A stretch of DNA of 63,769 nt, counting the filler, from Octopus bimaculoides (Eukaryota), in assembly GCF_001194135.2 (NCBI RefSeq). It is 4 parts of 4 records of this genome, joined end to end, with 100 filler letters (N's around TTAATTAATTAA, not from the genome) between each part and the next. Parts side by side here need not be neighbours in the genome. Positions count along the whole stretch, not along the records: positions 1 to 30,434 come from NC_068987.1; positions 30,535 to 60,652 come from NC_068981.1; 2 more parts are not named here. One strand, given 5' to 3'. The notes under the pieces are model-generated. The model made no database searches and was not told where the DNA came from. It was given only the letters and a program-made list of their open reading frames with translations. This document shows positions 22,600-35,669 of the stretch, piece after piece (positions within the stretch are counted from its first letter, which is position 1; every line of letters begins with the position of its first letter). The position numbers and the translations under genes were made by a program.

Positions 22600-25500
22600 T
22601 CGCCTCAAAAAGTACCCCTTATGGGGCATCTCTTCTCCACGGCGCACCGTTTGAGGATCATTAATGTAAAAATTGTATATAAAAGTAGAACTCTTCATAA
22701 TTCAGAACCCTTTCAGTACCTTGTTTCTCGACAGACTGATGTTGGAACTTTACAGCTTGATGCTTATTGTTCGATTTTATTGAAAAGCTCCACAAAGAAA
22801 TGGTTGTGGTTTTCGTGCCAATTGAGAAAACCACGGCTATTTTTTTAATTGAGAAATTGACAGCAAAATGTTGTGAACCTTTAAAGATTCAGTTTGTTTT
22901 TGTTTGTTTACTTTTTCGGTAATTTTAGCTGATAAAACCCATCTATTCTCGACATTATGGAAAATCATAATTTGTAATTTGTATATATTCCAATAGTAAC
23001 TAATAGATACCATTATGGGTCAGGTCTAGGGTTAAAGTCTAAGATTAAATCTTAGGGTTAGATTTAAGGGTTTAGAGTTTGGATTTAAGGCTAGGATTTA
23101 GGATGAAGATAAAGGTCATGGTTAGAGTGGTAAATGTTAACTTGTTTGTTTACTTTCATTAAATAATGTCCTTTTTTAAAAATTTCAAAACATTTTTTAT
23201 TATTAACTTTCTCAATAATTAACGAGCTTTTTTCAGTAAATTGCGGTGACAGATTTCGTAGGAACTAGGTTTACAGTATAGCAAACAACTAGAATCAAGG
23301 CGGTACATAGTTTCGGGAGGTAACAAAGAATTTACTGTTTCTCTATGATAAGGACGTCAAGACCTATATATCTTGAAAAGATAACTTCTTTGACTGCAAA
23401 CAAATAAGAGTTTATTTCTCGTTTTACTAATCTGTACTAACTAACATAGTTGTTTATTTTCATCCACTAAATTTTACGTAATTGAGCCAAACCAATAACC
23501 CAGCTAAGGAAAACAGCCGAATTCTTCTTCCTCCTCACATTTCACACCACCGACATACAGAAATTAACAAGAACACAAAGGAAATTTTAGTCCTTTTTTA
23601 CGATATACACTAAGACAAGAATGGTCACCACTTGAATGTCTTTAGAAATAGGATTGGTCGATTGAGGTTAACTTGGGTCTAAACAACAGCAACAATTTAT
23701 ATAGTTGAAAGTCTGTTCTGTGAGATACATTGGGGTATCAAAATACTTTTGATAATTCAGAAAAATTAAATATATTTGTACATGTCTACGGTTTTGCACT
23801 TGCCTATGTTTTCGCAGCAGTTCTTTAAAGATTAGTTTTAAAATAACACAATTGTTTCAGACAAATTTATACTTGTTCAATGCAGACTGTAAAATATTGA
23901 TAAGCGGTAGGTATTTATTAGAATTAATTAAACTGGTCTCGTTTAGATATTGCCATTAACTGAAGATGTTTATCATTTTTCTTTCCTTCGATGCTCATAC
24001 ATTTTTCTTACCATCCTCTATTTTTAGACAAAATTCTGCCCTACTATTTCACCCACCTTCATTTCCAAAACCAATATGATTCATGTTGATATTATCTTAG
24101 ATTTTCGCTGCCTTTCATACAATTATTTCACTTGTGGTAGGTTCTTTTTGGCAATAATACAATAATACACCCTAAATGAAAGATGGTGAAATGTTCCTAA
24201 TATATTCTGGGCTGTTGCTTGATCATGTGCTGCCTGAGATAACCCTTAAATTTGCCGCCTATACAGGATTATCCTGCGGACCCCAAAAGTAATGCCTTTA
24301 TAAAAGTGTAACCCGGAGCAGACCGCGCCTCCTCTCCCCAACCTCAAGCTTCGCTATAGGCGCTTCCTATTGAATTTCCTCAATCATAGTATGGTTGTAG
24401 CTTAGTTTCCATAAAATTCATGGTGTCTGTGTTTTGTTTCCGGTGAAACTTAAATGACCGAAGTTCCCAATTCAATATGTTTTAAAGGAGGTTAAGAGTA
24501 TGTCCTAAAATTGATGTGAATGAAGCATATGTCCACAAAACGTGAGAGCTGTACAAAGCTGTTTCTTTGGCTCGTCGTCAGAATGTATTTTTGTTGTCTT
24601 TTCTACAACTATTTCCATGGTCATTGCTCTGACGAAGACGAACTTTCTGGAATTGTACCCTCTGTGAAAACCTTTAAACGTACCACCAGATTCGTAGTTT
24701 CTCCGTTGAGCTTCCTGTAAGTCATAAGTCTTTTTATTCTAATGACGTCTTTCTTCCAACTGCTGCTCTCTAGAACTCACTAACGTTGTCTTGTTTTCTT
24801 CTGGTCAATGATATTCAATCCTTTAAGCTTCCTGTCAATTGGTACCCTTTAAATTTGTTGACCGCTTCTTTTTCCCTTTCTGTAGTTCTTTATGTTACAG
24901 TAGTTTCAAGACTTGTTTAGGATAAAATCATAGCAAGTGACCTGATCTGAGATCGTGTGCTGAAACAAAAACAATTGCAGCGCGGAAGGTGTTTATAAGC
25001 CATTTAAGAAACACACAAAAACCGTTAGATTCACTTCAACGTTCGAGCAGAAAAGAATATAATTAACTCAAATATAATGTTGAAATATAATTTTTATTAT
25101 AAATAAATACAATTTGTCATTTATATCAAATGTCCATAATCGTTCATGTGGTGCTTGCATGTAGTAATTACATATATACTTCACATGGTCTTTAAATATA
25201 ATATATGCTCATATTTTATAATATTAGTTGATATTTTATAATAGACAGTTGAAATGTTGTACAGTTGCCAGGGAACTTCTCTGGAGAATGCTAACACTGT
25301 TTGACAACCAGTGCTGGCATGTCTACATCCCCATAACTTAGCATTTTGGCAAAAGAGACTGATAGAATAAGTACCAAACTTTTAAAAAAAAAGTACTGGA
25401 GTCAATTTGTTTTACTTTAAATTGTTTGAGGTGATGCCCCAGTATGGCCACAGTCTAAGGATTGAAACAAATAAAAAAGAAAAGATAAAGAAAGATACAT

Positions 25501-26026
25501 ACCTAAAGAGAGAGAAAGAGAGAGAGCAGAGGAGGAAGGAGAGACATTGAAACATCTGATGTTAAATAAGCCAGCATCAAATCAGGGATGCCAAACAGGC
25601 GCCGCCAATACAGCTGTGCCAAAATGTCTTGTACCCAAAGGGGTGAGACTTCATTGTATGATCTTTGGGCTGCAAAATGTTCGTTGTTGAAACTGTTTTA
25701 TAAATGTTTCATTGCTATGAATATGCTGTTTTATATGGGAAGGCTTTTAATTCATGTTTCCATGACAACAACCCAGATTTTCAGTTTTAGCTAACTACTC
25801 AAGAGATATTACAGGAATATCTGTTTAGCTAGAGTTTTCACATTATTCTCTGTGAGATTTAGGCAGAAGACTTGTTCAACTATTAAAAGGAGGACCTAGC
25901 AAAAATATATGATTAATTCATTGTAATCTTAGTTCACAAAGGCACATAAATAAGAAATTTGGTAAAAACACTAAACTTTAACTGCTTTGAATTAAAACTA
26001 GAAGCCATGATTAAAACCAAAAAAAA

Positions 26027-26427
26027 TTAAGATTCTGCCAATTTTTCCATTTGACTTCTGCTTCTTCTTTTCTTTTTGGTTTCACTTAAACTACCCTTTT
26101 TATGAAGTAAGGGGTTACATATTGTGTGACTAAATAAGGGAAGATTCTTGGTCGTATCTGGACTATTCTTGTTTAAAATGCCCTTATTGAATTCTTCAAT
26201 ATGTGTACGATTTGACTTTATCCTTTTGATTAATTCCTCGATATCCGATTCAGATGAACTATTGGAATTGTCTGAGCTGTCAGAACAATCTGAACTATCT
26301 GTTTCTTCTGATGATTCTGAACCATCTTCAGGACCAGGCAAATGTTTTGAAGAGGCTGAAGATTCAGAACTCTCAGAACTTTCTGAACTATGGTAATCCA
26401 ATCCATCTTCATCAGAAATGGAACTGT
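26027..26427 (-). CDS. Gene 2 terminal exon: Ser/Asp/Glu-rich then Lys/Arg-rich (DSSISDEDGLDYHSSESSE...ETKKKRRSRSQMEKLAES*)
   Basis: Very strong acceptor tttttcttttttctttttcttatctag, 401-nt open frame in phase 1, TAA at 26029-26027. Minus-strand AATAAA at about 25093-25098. Confidence 0.75.
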
Positions 26428-26510
26428 CTAGATAAGAAAAAGAAAAAAGAAAAAAAAAACACTGTAAATAATCTCAGACTTTATCATTATCATCTATATA
26501 TAATAATATA

Positions 26511-26730
26511 TGTGGGAGTGCTGAAAAGTTCCTGGCTTTTAGGGTATTGCAAAAGGCTTTGTTGGAGGCCCAGCCTTCCGAGTTTTTATTTTACAGGACT
26601 TTGAAAAACTGAAAGACTGCTGCAATGGGTGTGTGAATCTGAGAGGGGAATATGTTGAATAAAATCATAATTAACTGATCCTGCTGCATTTTCTTTTACC
26701 CAAAGCCAGGAACTTTTCAGCACCCCCTCG
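26511..26730. mobile_element. mariner-type MITE in the gene 2 intron
   Basis: TIRs gtgctgaaaagttcctggcttt / aaagccaggaacttttcagcac. Confidence 0.8.
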
Positions 26731-27150
26731 AATGTATATGAATATATTCATAATATATATTATATGGGCACTGGTGTGGCTTTGTGGTAAGAGTCTAACC
26801 GTTTGAAATGGTAGTGGAAACGTGACCTATTGTCACAAATAGGCATAGGAATATTGTATAATTTCATAATTGCAAAATTGACTCTATTTTGTACGTACGA
26901 GTATGCCACCCTCTGATTCTAGTGCCACATATAAAGTACCCATGCTGGTACCACATAAAAAGCACACAGTATACTCTATAAAGTGTCAGGCATTAGGAAG
27001 GCCATCCAGCTATAGAAACCAAGCCAAAACATATCGCTGAAGCCTGGTACAGCTCTCCAGCCTTGCCAGCTCCAATCAAATATACAATCTTTATTGAAGA
27101 GACAAATTATTTCATTTGTCCTGAGGCCAAATACAAACTAGTAAACAAAC

Positions 27151-27342
27151 CTGATGATTCTGTAGGTATTTCCTGTTCAGAAGCTTTTTCTTTAACATTA
27201 TGCTTTTGGGGTAACTTTGCATCTAATTTTAAAGGCAGTTCAGTTGTTGGACGTTTCCTCGTTTTCTTGCTAAGTGGTAATGCATTGGTGCCACCAATAG
27301 ATTCAGCCATTTTGACAATATCTCTTCTTTGTATTTTGAAAT
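27151..27342 (-). CDS. Gene 2 penultimate exon (FKIQRRDIVKMAESIGGTNALPLSKKTRKRP...EIPTESS)
   Basis: Acceptor gtattgtttttgtag, donor CAG|gtttgt, 192 nt, phase 1-1, in frame with the terminal exon. AAAATGG at 27310 is a possible start, giving 186 aa. Confidence 0.7.
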
Positions 27343-28929
27343 CTACAAAAACAATACAGTACAAAACAGAATATACAACAAACATTCATTAGAATTAGCA
27401 GAAACGCCACCCTCTGGGACATTTTCTGCTCATCATTAAGTAATATACGTTTAGTCTAATTTGTGTAATTTTTCTGATATGTTAGACCTAATTTCCACCT
27501 TTTAAAGGGGTACATCTTACACAACTCCCTAGTTGGAGCTCACGCTAGATTAAACTGAGGCAAACAATGGAACAGAATGCAGAGAATTTGTGATAAAGAA
27601 AACAGAACAAACATGGTACAAAACAGATAGATTCCAAAGGGTGATGCTTGTAGAGGTAAAACCACATTGGATATTAACCTGCAGGTTCAGGAAAAGCTCT
27701 GATGGGCAGCAAACTCAGCATTAAGTTTGTTGAGAAACCAAGGAGATCCATCGGATTACAGTTATATAAGACATAACCCTTCAACAAGACCACAGATATA
27801 TTTGTACATTATCTGTGTACTGATAACCTTCATAAAGTCACAATTACAGATGCACAGAGATAGGGAAGGATATTTCTTTCTCTTTCACCATCCAACTCTG
27901 ATAACATGAACAGCAAGGTCAGCAAAGGAATTAACTCTTGGAAACATTGGAACAGACTTCATGTTATAATCTTCATCGTGTATCATAAACGATCTCTTAC
28001 TTGTCTCAGTCATTAGACTGGGGCCATGCTGGAGCATTGCCTTGAAGAATTTTTAATCAAATGTATTGATCTCAGTGTGTTTTTTTAAGCCTCATACTTA
28101 TTCTATCACTCTCTTTTTGCCAAATTGCTAAGTTACGGGGATGTAAACACACACAACTGGTTTCCTTCAGTTTCTGTCTACGAAATCCACTCAAGGCTTT
28201 GGTCGGCCCAAGGTTATAGTAGAAGACACTTGGTGAAGATACCACACAATGGAACTGAACTCAGAGTCATGTGGTTGGGACAAAAACTTCTTACCGCACA
28301 GCCACGCCTGCACCTAATGGCCACTTTTTAAAAAAACATTGGGCATAACAACTAAATACTTTAGTTGAGACAAAATTACATTTTCTACAATTAACACAAA
28401 TAAATTAAAACCACTTTCCTTCACCCAATCCTTCAAAGACATCCAACAAAGCTTTGGTTGACTGAGATCTTTAGAAAACACTTGCCCAAGGCGCCACACT
28501 GTGGAACTGAACCCAAGATCACATAGTTAGGAAGTAAACTTCTTATTACACAGCTACAACTGTACCTATCAGCCACACCTACGAATATGGATTATTATAT
28601 ATCTTATACTAAGCCATTTCACAATTGATTTATTTTCTTTGTCTTAGATTTTTCTTCTTCTTCTTCATCTGTTGTTTATTGGCCTTGAATTATAATTCCC
28701 TTATGCTTATATAATAGTGTTATGCATGGTGGATTGGGTGTAAAGGTGTTAGAAGTGGGTATTAATAGGTCTATTATTAGATGTCCTTTTATGTTTGCAC
28801 ACAACTGGACGTATGTGGGTTTATCATAATATATCTCCCTGCTGTAGATTCGTATTCTCTTTTAATGAGTCTTTTGGCCAGAGCTCTGTCATCCAACTAT
28901 CTATAGATGAAAATCAAATCAAGCCACCT

Positions 28930-29050
28930 TATCTTTTATGAGGTAGAGCGCGACATTTCATTGTCATCCGCCATTCGGTATTCTTTCTCCTGCTGTAACC
29001 ACTTCGCGCTTCTGTCCCCGTTTCAGTCATCTCCAGATTCTCCTTCATAA
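28930..29050 (-). mobile_element. Degraded RTE-like LINE 3' end
   Basis: Translates to ...GTEARS..RKNTEWRM.., loosely like the RTE C-terminal DR..WR motif. Confidence 0.3.
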
Positions 29051-30084
29051 ACTATAAACTAGGGAAATAAAATCATTCTCTGACCGAAGTTCGCCAGAGA
29101 GTCATGAAATGGCACGTACTTGGACATTTTAAAATGTTTAATTCCCATGCAGACGGACAAAGCCAGGAGGTAAGATCCAGAGATGCTCAATATAGGAAAT
29201 AGTAGTCTTCAAATGATTTGAACTTATACTGTGAGTCCATAGGGTAAAGGGTGGCCATAAGAGAAATCCAGGTGAGCAGGTACGGGAGAGAGTGATGCAA
29301 ATAAACATGCTTGGGCTTGATATATAAAATATACATACGCACATAAATACATAGAAATACATAGAAAGTTTAGTAAGTTTTAGACTATGGAAATATATTT
29401 AGTTATATTTGCCAGCCAATACCATTTCTCTCTGATAAGAAACTATAAGTAACATTCAAATTTTTGTCCCGCACTTCATGACTCCATCTATAATCAAGGA
29501 CGTGCATTTTGGGGTTGCTGCTACACAGTCTTATGTCAAATCTGTAGGTGTTTTAAGAGTATTGTTATGTTTAATGATTTAATTCCTAGTGGAGAAGATG
29601 AATAAGATTTTGACAGCTTTGATGTAAAGTAGATTACAAAAGAAATAGAATACAGAATAAACAATGTCCATAGGAAATCCATGTTCAAAGATAAAGATAT
29701 CATTGATTAAATTGCAGAAAATAACAATCCTGAATTAAACCTATATAGCTTTGCTTCAGAGATTATCGACCGTGTTGTTAATCCTAAAAGTTGTAATGTC
29801 ATATTTTGATTTGAGAAAGAATGAAATAACCAGAAAGTTCTCTCGGTCAATCATGTCCAATCTTGCATAAATGATTCCTCATTTGGAACAGAACCTAACA
29901 AGTTATGCAAGCAAATACTTTTAACCCTTTTGTTGCCATTGTTCTGTTGAAAGGCACCGCTTTAGTTTCAAACAATTTTGAAAATAACAAACAATTTAGT
30001 AAAATAACTAAACTTTAATCAGGAAGTTTGTACCCTACAAACAGGAGCAGACAGGTGGATCAGTAGAATAAAGTTTTTACTTCA

Positions 30085-30330
30085 ACCCTTCATTCCCAAT
30101 GGAGCTTAGGTCATTGACGACTTTTCTCCATTGTCCTTGACTCTAGGATGTCTTTCCTGCTTCTCTTCAGTTGGATCCCTGCTTTTTCAGTTCTGCTTTC
30201 GACTATTTTCAGATCTTGTCAACCTCCCTTGTGGGTTCAGGTCAGGGCTTAACATGTAATGTAGGATGCTGGTTTCCTTAAAGTTTGGCCTATTCATTCG
30301 CCACTTATGTTCTAGGATCTGTTCTTCCAA
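30085..30330 (-). mobile_element. Degraded RTE LINE 3' end
   Basis: KW...NPQGR remnant followed by a qWRKVVNDL-like frame and gggaatgaaggg tail. Confidence 0.55.
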
Positions 30331-31227
30331 TGAGAAGTTGATCTCGGCAGTATTTGAATTCAAAACAATGAATCCGAAGAAATAATACAAAGTACTTTAT
30401 TTCCCGATGTGCTAGCGCGTGTGTGGAGAGAGAGNNNNNNNNNNNNNNNNNNNNNNNNNNNNNNNNNNNNNNNNNNNNTTAATTAATTAANNNNNNNNNN
30501 NNNNNNNNNNNNNNNNNNNNNNNNNNNNNNNNNNATATATATAGATAGATAGATACATACATACATACATACATACATATGTATATGTGTGTGTGTGTGT
30601 GCGCGCGTTTTCGTGTGGGTGAGTGCATTCACAATTATGTTTCTGTATTGCATACTGGTGTAAATCGATACGTTGCGTTACGACTCTTCAAGCCGAAAAG
30701 GAAGTTTATCCGCCATTTGAAAAAAAAAAAAAAAAAAAAAAATGCAGTAACAGCAGAAAAATGTAAAATATCTACTAGACTGAAATATTTGCTGTTGTTG
30801 GATATGATCGACCAAAAACCCTTGAAGGTTGTACATTAGTGCTTTAGCATGGTTGCAGTCCAATGATAGAAAACCAGTAAAGAATAAAAGAGTATTTTAT
30901 TAGCCAGTGTGTATTTGATTCATAATACACTTTTATGAGTGGTTTGTTTACTTTTAATGGGTTTAGTGTCTGGTGTTATTCACTACGTTGAATTTGTTTC
31001 TCTTTTGTTATGTGGTTTGGTCTACTAGCTTCTTTGTATATCTGTTGTTGATGAGTGTTTGTTTTATTCTGTTAGATTCCTTTTGTGCAAGTACTTCGTT
31101 TGTGTAGGAGAGAAATCTGAATGCTCTTCTAAGTAGAGACTTAACCACTGACATTTTATGTCTGTGTGGACGGACATTCACTATCTCTATACAAGCATAG
31201 GCATTTATTAATCTTTAGTGTAAACGG

Positions 31228-31271
<44 letters not shown>

Positions 31272-31762
31272 CGCGCGCGCACGTTATTTACCTCAATGAA
31301 TTTGTCTAGAAATAGCATTGTTGTATCATTTGGAATTTTATTTACACTGTTCTAGATATATAATTTTAGGACGGAATTGTTTTCAGTTTCTTTTAATTTC
31401 TAAATTTATTCCAGTGTGTCCAATGGAATAAGTGTCCCCGTTACCTAACGGTTCAGTAAAAGATCCCGATAGAATAAGTAGCAGGCTTAAAAGAAAACAA
31501 ATGTAGTAGGATCAATTCGTTCGACTAAAAATTCTTCAAGGTGGTGCCCCAGTATGCCTGCAGTCTATTGACAGAAACAAGTAGAAGATAAAGATACCTA
31601 GTCTGATGCATATCGCATATGTATGCCTCAGCACCACACTTTTATTTTTCCTACTGTGCATACAAAATGCTGCAAATTTGGGTCTTGTGACTGTGTGATA
31701 AGAAGCTTGCGTACCAACCACATGGGTGGATTTGATAGACAGAAACTGAAAGAAGCCCGTCG

Positions 31763-31813
<51 letters not shown>

Positions 31814-32318
31814 GAGTTACGGAATGGAGTAGATACGATCCGTGAAATGTAAAAAGAACTTTTTACAGTTTATCGTACATGGATACGAAAAAAATCCATC
31901 CGCGACCTTTCGTCTCAATAAACCACTATTGTCCCTGATAGTTNNNNNNNNNNNNNNNNNNNNNNNNNNNNNNNNNNNNNNNNNNNNNNNNNNNNNNNNN
32001 NNNNNNNNNNNNNNNNNNNNNNNNNNNNNNNNNNNNNNNNNNNNNNNNNNNNNNNNNNNNNNNNNNNNNNNNNNNNNNNNNNNNNNNNNNNNNNNNNNNN
32101 NNNNNNNNNNNNNNNNNNNNNNNNNNNNNNNNNNNNNNNNNNNNNNNNNNNNNNNNNNNNNNNNNNNNNNNNNNNNNNNNNNNNNNNNNNNNNNNNNNNN
32201 NNNNNNNNNNNNNNNNNNNNNNNNNNNNNNNNNNNNNNNNNNNNNNNNNNNNNNNNNNNNNNNNNNNNNNNNNNNNNNNNNNNNNNNNNNNNNNNNNNNN
32301 NNNNNNNNNNNNNNNNNA

Positions 32319-32374
32319 TAGACAGAAACTGAAAGAAGCCCGTCGTATACACACACACACACACACACACTCAC

Positions 32375-32411
<37 letters not shown>

Positions 32412-32620
32412 CACATGTATATATATATTATTGTGTGTGTCTGTGTTTGACAACCGATGCTGGTGTGTTTACGTCCCCGTAATATAGCTGTTCGGCAAAA
32501 GAGACCGATAGAATAAGTGTTAGGCTTGCAAAGAATAAGTCCTGGGGTCAGTTTCTTTGACTAAAGGCGGTGCTACAGCATGGCCGCAGTCAAATGCCTG
32601 AAACAAGTAAAAGAATAAAA
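32319..32620 (+). mobile_element. SINE family C/B with an internal (CA/TA/TG)n tract
   Basis: gaaactgaaagaagcccgtcgtata, microsatellite, then ttgacaaccgatgctggtgtg...gactgaaacaagtaaaag-like end. Confidence 0.85.
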
Positions 32621-32636
32621 GAAAACTCTGGAGAAA

Positions 32637-32830
32637 GGCGGCGAGGTGGCAGAAGCGTTAGCACGCTGGGCAAAATGCCAAGTGACGTTTCGACCCTTTT
32701 TACTCTCTGAGTTCCAATGCTATCGGAGTCAACTTTTCCTTTCGGGATCAATAAAAGAAGTACCAGTTGAGCATTGGGTTCGATATAATCAACTTAACCT
32801 CTTCCCCGAACTTGTTGTTCTTGGTTCTTG
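32637..32830 (+). mobile_element. SINE family A copy
   Basis: ggcggcgaggtggcagaagcgttagcacg head. Confidence 0.75.
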
Positions 32831-33267
32831 AAAGATGTGTACGACTGGCGAGAGTTCTTCAAGTCGTTGGTGCAAATATAGTTCGACATGTGTGTCAGTT
32901 AGTCAAAGCGTAGAGAAGGAAGAGTACAGGCTAATTGAATAATAAATATATTTACTTTTTCGATTCTGGAAATAATTCATTCACATTCATGTCCACTCTG
33001 GAGTGATTGTGATAAATAGTAGTAAGGACCCGTCGAAGCTGGGACGCCGCTTTGACGGGTTTAGCCGAACAAATCAACCCTAGTACTTATGTTTTAAATG
33101 TGGCACTTATTTCATCGATTGCATTTACCGAACTCTAAGTTACAGGGACGACGTAAACAAACCAAGCCCGGATGTCATGCGGTAGCGGGGGACAAATACA
33201 ATACAAATACAAAACACACACATATAGATACGCACACACACACATGCACACACACCCACGCACACAC

Positions 33268-33305
<38 letters not shown>

Positions 33306-33533
33306 CGGGATTATTTTTCTTTCGCCCAACAAATTCACTCACACAAGACTTTTATCGATTCAGGGGTAAAGTAGAAGATATTCGTCCAAGGTACCACACA
33401 CGGAACTGAACCCAAAACCACATGGTCGCGGTCTCTGTAGAGGTGGTCGTGGAATACAAAATAACTCTTAGGACATGATAAGGTAGTTCCACCCCTTTCT
33501 GTTTTAACCATTCTCAATATTTCATATTAATAA

Positions 33534-33745
33534 GGCGGCGAGCTGGCAGAATCGTTAGCACGCCGGGAAAATACTTAGCAGCATTTCGTCCGTCTTTACT
33601 TTCTGAGTTCAAATTTCACTGAGGTCGATTTTGCCTTTCGTCCTTCCGAGGTCGATAAACTAAGTACCAGTTGAGTACTAGGGTCGATGTAATCAATTTA
33701 CCCCCTTCACTCAAATTGCTGGCCTTGTGTCAGAATTTGAAATTA
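33534..33745 (+). mobile_element. SINE family A near-full-length copy
   Basis: ggcggcgagctggcagaatcgttag (A box) and ctgagttcaaatt (B box). Confidence 0.85.
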
Positions 33746-33798
33746 ATATCCCATATTAAGAACCAGTAGTTTGCAGCCTGCTCAATTCAAGAAGGGAT

Positions 33799-34186
33799 GT
33801 TGTTGGCACTCCGTCGCTTACAACATCGAGGGTTCCAGTTAATCCAATCAACGGAACAGCCTGCTCGTGAAATTAACGTGCAAGTGGCTGAGCACTCCAC
33901 AGACACGTGTACCCTTAACGTAGTTCTCGGGGATATTCAGCGTGACACAGTGTGACAAGGCTGACCCTTTGAATTACAGGCACAACAGAAACAGGAAGTA
34001 AGAGTAGAGAGAAAGTTGTGGTGAAAGAGTATACAGCAGGGTTCGCCACCATCCCCTGCCGGAGCCTCGTGGAGCTTTTAGGTGTTTTCGCTCAATAAAC
34101 ACTCACAACGCCCAGTCTGGGAATCGAAACCGCGATCCTATGACCGCGAGTCCGCTGCCCTAACCACTGGGCCATTGCGCCTCCAC
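33799..34186 (-). mobile_element. Full-length tRNA-derived SINE family D (388 bp) with TSD
   Basis: Head gtggaggcgcaatggcccagtggttagggcagcggactcgcggtc..ggtttcgattcc and a (CAA) tail. 12-bp TSD tcaagaagggat at 33787-33798 and 34187-34198. Possibly one of the described octopus OR families (inference). Confidence 0.9.
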
Positions 34187-35415
34187 TCAAGAAGGGATAC
34201 ATTGTAGTTAAATGAAGGCGAGTAGGTAAAAGAATACATATTCTTGCTAGGAATTCAAAGATCAAATCTTTGGCAATGCTAAGTATATAATATATATAAG
34301 ATGAAGCTTCACGAGAGAAGCTGTAAAATTCATCCTTATACAAAGATGTTTTATTAGACAGGGATCACAAAACAAAACAGAAAGAAACCCTGATTGCTGC
34401 AGGGAATCGAAACTGAACCGTAGAACTGGTTAAAGAACAGACTACTGTGCCTACGACCGAGTTCTGGGAAGATTACAGTATAATGACGGAGAAGGGCAGG
34501 ATGAGAAGTCATAATTTCTTTTTTATATCAACACTGTGGCAACACTAAATGTTGGGTGATTGGAGTCGCCATGAGGATGGCGTAAAAGAAGGCACATCCA
34601 TGATTTCTTCCAACCATAACTAGACCATGAAGAGTGAAAACGGGAAACTTCTTCTTCTTCTTCTCTCCCTCCCCTCCACCTCCATCATCATCATGGATTT
34701 TCTCTTCTCCTTTTTCTCCGCCTCCTCCTCTGTCTTCGTCCTTCGTCCTCGTATTTTCGTTGTCGGAGTCTTCCTTCATCCCTTCTTTGTTGCTGTTATT
34801 TTTGATGTTGTTGTTGTTCTTCTTCTGCTTGTCACAAATATGAAGATAAGGTAAAGTTAAAAAGTAACAACCATTAAAGGCTAGCGTGTTTGAAATTTAT
34901 TTCCGATCCTTCAATCCGGATTTGTCTTCTTTTTTTTTTTTACATACACTTCCACACACATTGTAACAGCAAATTTCAAAAGATTGTGTTAGATGATAAA
35001 TAATGTAGAAGATTTCAAATAACAATGAACGTTGCATAATATAAAATATTGCATAGTTGTTACCCGATAGCAAACATCCATGATAGTTATTTTATTGCTC
35101 TTTCGTAGAAACAGTTAAAAAAAACAAAAAAAAAACGAAATCCACTTTCGCAGAATTTTTGTTTAGAATAATGAAGAACTAACTTTTAATACATGAAAGC
35201 ATCAAGTTAAACCTTTACCATCTGCCCCAACTTACTGCCCTGCTATTTCTGTTAATAACTATTTGAAGAAAATGGTGTTAATTTTTTTTTTTTTTCGCCC
35301 AAGAGTAAGACACGAATTTACGAGCCTTGAGCTAGGAACTCGAAAATTTTAAGACATCGCTGATAAATTGTCTTTATCATCATCATCACCACCATCACCA
35401 TCACCATCACCATCA

Positions 35416-35447
<32 letters not shown>

Positions 35448-35669
35448 TTTCAGTTACCATGGGATCTACGATGACTTTTAAAATCAGGAGGTGATTTGCA
35501 TCATTTCTTTTTTGCAGATGCGGAATTCATTATTCATTTGTTGCAATTGGGTGCTCATTCTGTACAGCACCTTGATTGCATATTCTCGTGCGCCTCGTGA
35601 GTCCAAATCCGCCGCACAGATTGCATAATGTCAACCGCAAAAAGACTGACCTGAAATAAACTTATAAAA

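Noticed and set aside
30479-30490. ttaattaattaa island between N runs (also 60697-60708 and 62376-62387)
   Set aside because: An identical 12-mer always flanked by Ns is a scaffolding spacer artefact, not biology.
34110-34186. tRNA-like sequence
   Set aside because: It is the head of a TSD-flanked SINE, and the acceptor and anticodon stems do not form a proper cloverleaf. The same applies to the other A/B-box heads.
34528-34854. Overlapping ORFs on both strands (MKEDSDNE..., MKSENGKLLLL...)
   Set aside because: A low-complexity purine/pyrimidine-skewed tract that is open in several frames. More likely UTR or intergenic sequence.
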